Of a stretch of DNA of 64,000 bases, positions 52,801 to 64,000 are shown one piece after another. The position numbers were made by a program, and so were the translations under genes. This DNA is from Eledone cirrhosa (lineage: Eukaryota). The stretch's first letter is position 1. Every line of letters begins with the position of its first letter. A model generated the notes under the pieces. It was not told where the DNA came from, made no database searches, and worked only from the letters and a program-made list of their open reading frames with translations. The stretch lies in the NCBI GenBank assembly GCA_964016885.1, contig OZ024741.1, positions 263,190,001 through 263,254,000 on the forward strand, written 5' to 3'.

Positions 52801-55800
52801 TTGGAGTGGGTGAATGTGGACTGTGTAGTGATATAGTATTATGACCTGTCACATGATTTGGAGTGGGTGAATGTGGACTGTGTAGTGATATAGTATTATG
52901 ACCTGTCACATGATTTGGAGTGGGTGAATGTGGACTGTGTAGTGATATAGTATTATGAGCTGCTACATGATTTGGAGTGGGTGAATGTGGACTGTGTAGT
53001 GATATAGTATTATGACCTGCTACATGATTTGGAGTGGGTGAATGTGGACTGTGTAGTGATATAGTATTATGACCTGCTACATGATTTGGAGTGGGTGAAT
53101 GTCGACTGTGTAGTGATATAGTGTTATGACCTTCACGTGATTTGGCGTGGGTGAATGTGGACTGTGTAGTGATACAGTATTATGACCTTCACGTGATTTG
53201 GAGTGGGTGAATGTGGACTGTGTAGGGATATAGTATTATGACCTGACACATGATTTGGAGTGGGTGAATGTGGACTGTGTAGTGATATAGTATTATGACC
53301 TGCTACACGATTTGGAGTGGGTGAATGTGGAGTGTGTAGTGATATAGTGTGATGACCTGCTACATGATTTGGAGTGAGTGAATGTGGACTGTGTAGTGAT
53401 ATAGTATTATGACCTGCTACATGATTCGGAGTGGGTGAATGTGGACTGTGTAGTGATATAGTATTATGACCTGACACATGATTTGGAGTGGGTGAATGTG
53501 GACTGTGTAGTGATATAGTGTTATGACCTTCACGTGATTTGGAGTGGGTGAATGTGGACTGTGTAGTGATATAGTGTTATGACCTTCACGTGATTTGGAG
53601 TGGGTGAATGTGGACTGTGTAGTGATATAGTATTATGACCTTCACGTGATTTGGAGTGGGTGAATGTGGACTGTGTAGTGATATAGTATTATGACCTTCT
53701 ACATGATTTGGAGTGGGTGAATGTGGACTGTGTAGTGATATAGTATTATGACCTTCACGTGATTTGGAGTGGGTGAATGTGGACTGTGTAGTGATATAGT
53801 ATTATGACCTGCTACATGATTTGGAGTGGGTGAATGTGGACTGTGTAGTGATATAGTATTATGACCTTCTACATGATTTGGAGTGGGTGAAAGTGGACTG
53901 TGTAGTGATATAGTATTATGACCTGCTACATGATTTGGAGTGGGTGAATGTGGACTGTGTAGTGATATAGTATTATGACCTGCTACATGATTTGGAGTGG
54001 GTGAATGTGGACTGTGTAGTGATATAGTATTATGACCTTCACGTGATTTGGAGTGGGTGAATGTGACTGTGTAGTGATATAGTATTATGACCTGCTACGT
54101 GATTTGGAGTGGGTGAATGTGGACTGTGTAGTGATATAGTATTATGACCTTCACGTGATTTGGAGTGTGTGAATGTGGACTGTGTAGTGATATAGTGTTA
54201 TGACCTGCTACATGATTTGGAGTGGGTGAATGTGGACTGTGTAGTGATATAGTATTATGACATGTCACGTGATTTGGAGTGGGTGAATGTGGACTGTGTA
54301 GTGATATAGTATTATGACCTGACACATGATTTGGAGTGGGTGAATGTGGACTGTGTAGTGATATAGTATTATGACCTGCTACATGATTTGGAGTGGGTGA
54401 ATGTCGACTGTGTAGTGATATAGTGTTATGACCTTCACGTGATTTGGCGTGGGTGAATGTGGACTGTGTAGTGATACAGTATTATGACCTTCACGTGATT
54501 TGGAGTGGGTGAATGTGGACTGTGTAGGGATATAGTATTATGACCTGACACATGATTTGGAGTGGGTGAATGTGGACTGTGTAGTGATATAGTATTATGA
54601 CCTGCTACACGATTTGGAGTGGGTGAATGTGGAGTGTGTAGTGATATAGTGTGATGACCTGCTACATGATTTGGAGTGAGTGAATGTGGACTGTGTAGTG
54701 ATATAGTATTATGACCTGCTACATGATTCGGAGTGGGTGAATGTGGACTGTGTAGTGATATAGTATTATGACCTGACACATGATTTGGAGTGGGTGAATG
54801 TGGACTGTGTAGTGATATAGTGTTATGACCTTCACGTGATTTGGAGTGGGTGAATGTGGACTGTGTAGTGATATAGTGTTATGACCTTCACGTGATTTGG
54901 AGTGGGTGAATGTGGACTGTGTAGTGATATAGTATTATGACCTTCACGTGATTTGGAGTGGGTGAATGTGGACTGTGTAGTGATATAGTATTATGACCTT
55001 CTACATGATTTGGAGTGGGTGAATGTGGACTGTGTAGTGATATAGTATTATGACCTTCACGTGATTTGGAGTGGGTGAATGTGGACTGTGTAGTGATATA
55101 GTATTATGACCTGCTACATGATTTGGAGTGGGTGAATGTGGACTGTGTAGTGATATAGTATTATGACCTTCTACATGATTTGGAGTGGGTGAAAGTGGAC
55201 TGTGTAGTGATATAGTATTATGACCTGCTACATGATTTGGAGTGGGTGAATGTGGACTGTGTAGTGATATAGTATTATGACCTGCTACATGATTTGGAGT
55301 GGGTGAATGTGGACTGTGTAGTGATATAGTATTATGACCTTCACGTGATTTGGAGTGGGTGAATGTGACTGTGTAGTGATATAGTATTATGACCTGCTAC
55401 GTGATTTGGAGTGGGTGAATGTGGACTGTGTAGTGATATAGTATTATGACCTTCACGTGATTTGGAGTGTGTGAATGTGGACTGTGTAGTGATATAGTGT
55501 TATGACCTGCTACATGATTTGGAGTGGGTGAATGTGGACTGTGTAGTGATATAGTATTATGACATGTCACGTGATTTGGAGTGGGTGAATGTGGACTGTG
55601 TAGTGATATAGTATTATGACCTGACACATGATTTGGAGTGGGTGAATGTGGACTGTGTAGTGATATAGTATTATGATCTGTCACGTGATTTGGAGTGGGT
55701 GAATGTGGACTGTGTAGTGATATAGTATTATGACCTGCTACATGATTTGGAGTGGGTGAATGTGGACTGTGTAGTGATATAGTATTATGACATTCTACAT

Positions 55801-58800
55801 TATTTGGAGTGGGTGAATGTGGACTGTGTAGTGATATAGTATTATGACCTTCACGTGATTTGGAGTGGGTGAATGTGGACTGTGTAGTGATATAGTATTA
55901 TGACCTTCTACATGATTTGGAGTGGGTGAATGTGGACTGTGTAGTGATATAGTATTATGACCTGCTACATGATTTGGAGTGGGTGAATGTGGACTGTGTA
56001 GTGATATAGTATTATGACCTGACACATGATTTGGAGTGGGTGAATGTGGACTGTGCAGTGATATAGTATTATGACCTGTCACGTTATTTGGAGTGGGTGA
56101 ATGTGGACTGTGTAGTGATATAGTGTTATGACCTTCACGTGATTTGGAGTGGGTGAATGTGGACTGTGTAGTGATATAGTATTATGACCTGTCACATAAT
56201 TTGGAGTGGGTGAATGTGGACTGTGTAGTGATATAGTATTATGACCTGCTACATGATTTGGAGTGGGTGAATGTGGACTGTGTAGTGATATAGTATTATG
56301 ACCTGCTACATGATTTGGAGTGGGTGAATATGGACTGTCTAGTGATATAGTATTATGACCTGCTACATGATTTGGAGTGGGTGAATGTGGACTGTGTAGT
56401 GATATAGTGTTATGACCTTCACGTGATTTGGAGTGGGTGAATGTGGACTGTGTAGTGATATAGTATTATGACCTGTCACATGATTTGGAGTGGGTGAATG
56501 TGGACTGTGTAGTGATATAGTATTATGACCTGTCACATGATTTGGAGTGGGTGAATGTGGACTGTGTAGTGATATAGTATTATGACCTGCTACACGATTT
56601 GGAGTGGGTGAATGTGGAGTGTGTAGTGATATAGTGTTATGACCTACATGATTTGGAGTGGGTGAATGTGGACTGTGCAGTGATATAGTATTATGACCTG
56701 CTACATGATTTGGAGTGGGTGAATGTGGACTGTGTAGTGATATAGTATTATGACCTGACACATGATTTGGAGTGGGTGAATGTGGACTGTGTAGTGATAT
56801 AGTGTTATGACCTTCTACATGATTTGGAGTGGGTGAATGTGAACTGTGTAGTGATATAGTATTATGACCTTCACGTGATTTGGAGTGGGTGAATGTGGAC
56901 TGTGTAGTGATATAGTATTATGACCTTCTACATGATTTGGAGTGGGTGAATGTGGACTGTGTAGTGATATAGTATTATGACCTGCTACATGATTTGGAGT
57001 GGGTGAATGTGGACTGTGTAGTGATATAGTATTATGACCTGCTACATGATTTGGAGTGGGTGAATGTGGACTGTGTAGTGATATAGTATTATGACCTATC
57101 ACGTTATTTGGAGTGGGTGAATGTGGACTGTGTAGTGATATAGTGTTATGACCTACTACATGATTTGGAGTGGGTGAATGTGGACTGTGTAGTGATATAG
57201 TGTTATGACCTACTACATGATTTGGAGTGGGTGAATGTGGACTGTGCAGTGATATAGTATTATGACCTTCACGTGATTTGGAGTGGGTGAATGTGGACTG
57301 TGTAGTGATATAGTATTATGAGCTGTCACATGATTTGGAGTGGGTGAATGTGGACTGTGTAGTGATATAGTATTATGACCTGTCACATGATTTGGAGTGG
57401 GTGAATGTGGACTGTGTAGTGATATAGTATTATGACCTGCTACATGATTTGGAGTGGGTGAATATGGACTGTGTAGTGATATAGTATTATGACCTGCTAC
57501 ATGATTTGGAGTGGGTGAATGTGGACTGTGTAGTGATATAGTACTATGACCTGCTACATGATTTGGAGTTGGTGAATGTGGACTGTGTAGTGATATAGTG
57601 TTATGACCTTCACGTGATTTGGAGTGGGTGAATGTGGACTGTGTAGTGATATAGTATTATGACCTGTCACATGATTTGGAGTGGGTGAATGTGGACTGTG
57701 TAGTGATATAGTATTATGACCTGCTACACGATTTGGAGTGGGTGAATGTGGAGTGTGTAGTGATATAGTGTTATGACCTACATGATTTGGAGTGGGTGAA
57801 TGTGGACTGTGTAGTGATATAGTATTATGACCTGCTACATGATTTGGAGTGGGTGAATGTGGACTGTGTAGTGATATAGTATTATGACCTTCACGTGATT
57901 TGGAGTGGGTGAATGTGGACTGTGTAGTGATATAGTATTATGACCTTCACGTGATTTGGAGTGGGTGAATGTGGACTGTGTAGGGATATAGTATTATGAC
58001 CTGACACATGATTTGGAGTGGGTGAATGTGGACTGTGTAGTGATAGAGTATTATGACCTGCTACGTGATTTGGAGTGGGTAAATGTGGACTGTGTAGTGA
58101 TATAATATTATTACCTTCACGTGATTTGGAGTGTGTGAATGTGGACTGTGTAGTGATATAGTGTTATGACCTGCTACATGATTTGGAGTGGGTGAATGTG
58201 GACTGTGTAGTGATATAGTATTATGACATGTCACGTGATTTGGAGTGGGTGAATGTGGACTGTGTAGTGATATAGTATTATGACCTGACACATGATTTGG
58301 AGTGGGTGAATGTGGACTGTGTAGTGATATAGTATTATGATCTGTCACGTGATTTGGAGTGGGTGAATGTGGACTGTGTAGTGATATAGTATTATGACCT
58401 GCTACATGATTTGGAGTGGGTGAATGTGGACTGTGTAGTGATATAGTATTATGACCTGACACATGATTTGGAGTGGGTGAATGTGGACTGTGCAGTGATA
58501 TAGTATTATGACCTGTCACGTTATTTGGAGTGGGTGAATGTGGACTGTGTAGTGATATAGTGTTATGACCTACTACATGATTTGGAGTGGGTGAATGTGG
58601 ACTGTGTAGTGATATAGTGTTATGACCTACTACATGGTTTGGAGTGGGTGAATGTGGACTGTGCAGTGATATAGTATTATGACCTTCATGTGATTTGGAG
58701 TGGGTGAATGTGGACTGTGTAGTGATATAGTATTATGACCTGTCACATGATTTGGAGTGGGTGAATGTGGACTGTGTAGTGATATATTATGACCTGTCAC

Positions 58801-61800
58801 ATGATTTGGAGTGGGTGAATGTGGACTGTGTAGTGATATAGTATTATGACCTGCTACATGATTTGGAGTGGGTGAATGTGGACTGTGTAGTGATATAGTA
58901 TTATGACCTTCTACATGATTCGGAGTGGGTGAATGTGGACTGTGTAGTGATATAGTATTATGACCTGCTACATGATTTGGAGTGGGTGAATGTTGACTGT
59001 GTAGTGATATAGTATTATGACCTTCACGTGATTTGGAGTGGGTGAATGTGGACTGTGTAGTGATATAGTTTTATGACCTATCACGTTATTTGGAGTGGGT
59101 GAATGTGGACTGTGTAGTGATATAGTGTTATGACCTGCTACATGATTTGGAGTGGGTGAATGTGGACTGTGTAGTGATATAGTATTATGACCTGCTACAC
59201 GATTTGGAGTGGGTGAATGTGGAGTGTGTAGTGATATAGTATTATGACCTGCTACACGATTTGGAGTGGGTGAATGTGGAGTGTGTAGTGATATAGTGTG
59301 ATGACCTGCTACATGATTTGGAGTGAGTGAATGTGGACTGTGTAGTGATATAGTATTATGACCTGCTACATGATTCGGAGTGGGTGAATGTGGACTGTGT
59401 AGTGATATAGTATTATGACCTGACACATGATTTGGAGTGGGTGAATGTGGACTGTGTAGTGATATAGTGTTATGACCTTCACGTGATTTGGAGTGGGTGA
59501 ATGTGGACTGTGTAGTGATATAGTGTTATGACCTTCACGTGATTTGGAGTGGGTGAATGTGGACTGTGTAGTGATATAGTATTATGACCTTCACGTGATT
59601 TGGAGTGGGTGAATGTGGACTGTGTAGTGATATAGTATTATGACCTTCTACATGATTTGGAGTGGGTGAATGTGGACTGTGTAGTGATATAGTATTATGA
59701 CCTGCTACATGATTTGGAGTGGGTGAATGTGGACTGTGTAGTGATATAGTATTATGACCTTCACGTGATTTGGAGTGGGTGAATGTGGACTGTGTAGTGA
59801 TAGAGTATTATGACCTGCTACGTGATTTGGAGTGGGTGAATGTGGACTGTGTAGTGATATAGTATTATTACCTTCACGTGATTTGGAGTGTGTGAATGTG
59901 GACTGTGTAGTGATATAGTGTTATGACCTGCTACATGATTTGGAGGGGGTGAATGTGGACTGTGTAGTGATATAGTATTATGACATGTCACGTGATTTGG
60001 AGTGGGTGAATGTGGACTGTGTAGTGATATAGTATTATGACCTGCTACATGATTTGGAGTGGGTGAATGTGGACTGTGTAGTGATATAGTATTATGATCT
60101 GTCACGTGATTTGGAGTGGGTGAATGTGGACTGTGTAGTGATATAGTATTATGACCTGCTACATGATTTGGAGTGGGTGAATGTGCACTGTGTAGTGATA
60201 TAGTATTATGACATTCTACATTATTTGGAGTGGGTTAATGTGGACTGTGTAGTGATATAGTATTATGACCTTCTACATGATTTGGAGTGGGTGAATGTGG
60301 ACTGTGTAGTGATATAGTATTATGATCTGACACATGATTTGGAGTGGGTGAATGTGGACTGTGCAGTGATATAGTATTATGACCTGTCACGTTATTTGGA
60401 GTGGGTGAATGTGGACTGTGTAGTGATATAGTGTTATGACCTACTACATGATTTGGAGTGGGTGAATGTGGACTGTGTAGTGATATAGTGTTATGACCTA
60501 CTACATGGTTTGGAGTGGGTGAATGTGGACTGTGCAGTGATATAGTATTATGACCTTCATGTGATTTGGAGTGGGTGAATGTGGACTGTGTAGTGATATA
60601 GTATTATGACCTGTCACATGATTTGGAGTGGGTGAATGTGGACTGTGTAGTGATATATTATGACCTGTCACATGATTTGGAGTGGGTGAATGTGGACTGT
60701 GTAGTGATATAGTATTATGACCTGCTACATGATTTGGAGTGGGTGAATGTGGACTGTGTAGTGATATAGTAATATGACCTGCTACATGATTTGGAGTGGG
60801 TGAATATGGACTGTCTAGTGATATAATATTATGACCTGCTACATGATTTGGAGTGGGTGAATGTGGACTGTGTAGTGATATAGTGTTGTGACCTTCACGT
60901 GATTTGGAGTGGGTGAATGTGGACTGTGTAGTGATATAGTTTTATGACCTGTCACATGATTTGGAGTGGGTGAATGTGGACTGTGTAGTGATATAGTATT
61001 ATGACCTGCTACACGATTTGGAGTGGGTGAATGTGGACTGTGTAGTGATATAGTGTTATGACCTACATGATTTGGAGTGGGTGAATGTGGACTGTGTAGT
61101 GATATAGTATTATGACCTGCTACATGATTTGGAGTGGGTGAATGTGGACTGTGTAGTGATATAGAATTATGACCTGACACAGGATTTGGAGTGGGTGAAT
61201 GTGGACTGTGTATTGATATAGTGTTATGACCTTCTACATGATTTGGAGTGGGTGAATGTGGACTGTGTAGTGATATAGTATTATGATCTTCACGTGATTT
61301 GGAGTGGGTGAATGTGGACTGTGTAGTGATATAGTATTATGACCTTCTACATGATTTGGAGTGGGTGAATGTGGACTGTGTAGTGATATAGTATTATGAC
61401 CTGCTACATGATTTGGAGTGGGTGAATGTTGACTGTGTAGTGATATAGTATTATGACCTGCTACATGATTTGGAGTGGGTGAATGTGGACTGTGTAGTGA
61501 TATAGTATTATGACCTATCACGTTATTTGGAGTGGGTGAATGTGGACTGTGTAGTGATATAGTGTTATGACCTACTACATGATTTGGAGTGGGTGAATGT
61601 GGACTGTGTAGTGATATAGTGTTATGACCTACTACATGATTTGGAGTGGGTGAATGTGGACTGTGCAGTGATATAGTATTATGACCTTCACGTGATTTGG
61701 AGTGGGTGAATGTGGACTGTGTAGTGATATAGTATTATGACCTGTCACATGATTTGGAGTGGGTGAATGTGGACTGTGTAGTGATATAGTATTATGACCT

Positions 61801-64000
61801 GCTACATGATTTGGAGTGGGTGAATGTGGACTGTGTTGTGATATAGTATTATGATCTTCACGTGATTTGGAGTGGGTGAATGTGGACTGTGTAGTGATAT
61901 AGTATTATGACCTGCTACGTGATTTGGAGTGGGTGAATGTGGACTGTGTAGTGATATAGTATTATGACCTTCACGTGATTTGGAGTGGGTGAATGTGGAC
62001 TGTGTAGTGATATAGTGTTATGACCTGCTACATGATTTGGAGTGGGTGAATGTGGACTGTGTAGTGATATAGTATTATGACATGTCACGTGATTTGGAGT
62101 GGGTGAATGTGGACTGTGTAGTGATATAGTATTATGATCTGTCACGTGATTTGGAGTGGGTGAATGTGGACTGTGTAGTGATATAGTATTATGACCTGCT
62201 ACATGATTTGGAGTGGGTGAATGTGGACTGTGTAGTGATATAGTATTATGACATTCTACATTATTTGGAGTGGGTGAATGTGGACTGTGTAGTGATATAG
62301 TATTATGACCTTCACGTGATTTGGAGTGGGTGAATGTGGACTGTGTAGTGATATAGTATTATGACCTTCTACATGATTTGGAGTGGGTGAATGTGGACTG
62401 TGTAGTGATATAGTATTATGACCTGCTCCATGATTTGGCGTGGGTGAATGTGGACTGTGTAGTGATATAGTATTATGACCTGACACATGATTTGGAGTGG
62501 GTGAATGTGGACTGTGCAGTGATATAGTATTATGACCTGTCACGTTATTTGGAGTGGGTGAATGTGGACTGTGTAGTGATATAGTGTTATGACCTACTAC
62601 ATGATTTGGTGTGGGTGAATGTGGACTGTGTAGTGATATAGTGTTATGACCTACTACATGGTTTGGAGTGGGTGAATGTGGACTGTGCAGTGATAGAGTA
62701 TTATGACCTTCATGTGATTTGGAGCGGGTGAATGTGGACTGTGTAGTGATATAGTATTATGACCTGTCACATGATTTGGAGTGGGTGAATGTGGACTGTG
62801 TAGTGATATATTATGACCTGTCACATGATTTGGAGTGGGTGAATGTGGACTGTGTAGTGATATAGTATTATGACCTGCTACATGATTTGGAGTGGGTGAA
62901 TGTGGACTGTGTAGTGATATAGTATTATGACCTGCTACATGATTTGGAGTGGGTGAATATGGACTGTCTAGTGATATAGTATTATGACCTGCTACATGAT
63001 TTGGAGTGGGTGAATGTGGACTGTGTAGTGATATAGTGTTATGACCTTCACGTGATTTGGAGTGGGTGAATGTGGACTGTGTAGTGATATAGTATTATGA
63101 CCTGTCACATGATTTGGAGTGTGTGAATGTGGACTGTGTAGTGATATAGTATTATGACCTGTCACATGATTTGGAGTGGGTGAATGTGTACTGTGTAGTG
63201 ATATAGTATTATGACCTGCTACATGATTTGGAGTGGGTGAATGTGGACTGTGTAGTGATATAGTATTATAACCTGCTACACGATTTGGAGTGGGTGAATG
63301 TAGAGTGTGTAGTGATATAGTGTTATGACCTGCATGATTTGGAGTGGGTGAATGTGGACTGTGTAGTGATATAGTATTATGACCTGCTACATGATTTGGA
63401 GTGGGTGAATGTGGACTGTGTAGTGATATAGTATTATGACCTGACACATGATTTGGAGTGGGTGAATGTGGACTGTGTAGTGATATAGTGTTATGACCTT
63501 CTACATGATTTGGAGTGGGTGAATGTGGACTGTGTAGTGATATAGTATTATGACCTGTCACATGATTTGGAGTGGGTGAATGTGGACTGTAAAGTGATAT
63601 AGTGTTATGACCTACTACATGATTTGGAGTTGGTGAATGTGGACTGTGTAGTGATATAGTGTTATGACCTTCACGTGATTTGGAGTGGGTGAATGTGGAC
63701 TGTGTAGTGATATAGTATTATGACCTGTCACATGATTTGGAGTGGGTGAATGTGGACTGTGTAGTGATATAGTATTATGACCTGCTACACGATTTGGAGT
63801 GGGTGAATGTGGAGTGTGTAGTGATATAGTGTTATGACCTACATGATTTGGAGTGGGTGAATGTGGACTGTGTAGTGATATAGTATTATGACCTGCTACA
63901 TGATTTGGAGTGGGTGAATGTGGACTGTGTAGTGATATAGTATTATGACCTTCACGTGATTTGGAGTGGGTGAATGTGGACTGTGTAGTGATATAGTATT
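34862..64000. repeat. 57-bp satellite array (>29 kb, roughly 500 monomers, continues past window end)
   Basis: Consensus TATGACCTGCTACATGATTTGGAGTGGGTGAATGTGGACTGTGTAGTGATATAGTAT, with recurrent 56- and 54-bp variants. Confidence 0.98.

Noticed and set aside
34865-63561. His/Ser/Pro-rich 19-aa repeat protein (GHNTISLHSPHSPTPNHVA) on the minus strand
   Set aside because: It is a by-product of a 57-bp unit with one stop-free frame. Frequent 56-bp monomers break the frame every few units, so there is no sign of selection for reading frame.
34862-64000. CRISPR-like array (constant repeat plus variable segment)
   Set aside because: The variable part is only ~8 nt and is drawn from a few recurring variants rather than unique spacers. 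There are no cas genes and the context is eukaryotic.

Overview
Repeat-rich, AT-rich eukaryotic DNA. The SINE/RTE/microsatellite make-up resembles a cephalopod (Octopus-like) genome; this is inference, not a database result. There is no prokaryotic content, and nearly all long ORFs in the track are artefacts of simple repeats. Bases 1-34.8 kb are a patchwork of microsatellites, tRNA-derived SINEs, truncated LINEs (RTE, R4/Dong-like, Tx1-like), MITE/Helitron remnants and many Penelope-like element (PLE) remnants arranged as inverted or fold-back repeats. Reading those PLE termini by eye gives about 15 type I hammerhead ribozyme motifs from about 7 distinct sequence families. Several have palindromic stem III, several have a U.U pair at the base of stem II, one family shows compensatory base changes, and one has a ~116-nt stem II. 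From ~34.86 kb to the window end lies a 57-bp satellite of roughly 500 monomers with nested higher-order repeats (1302, 3232, 4934 and 6006 bp offsets). It appears to have been seeded from the 3' end plus splice donor of a candidate exon. A few short candidate host exons are listed at low confidence. Boundaries were read by eye and may be off by a few to tens of bases.
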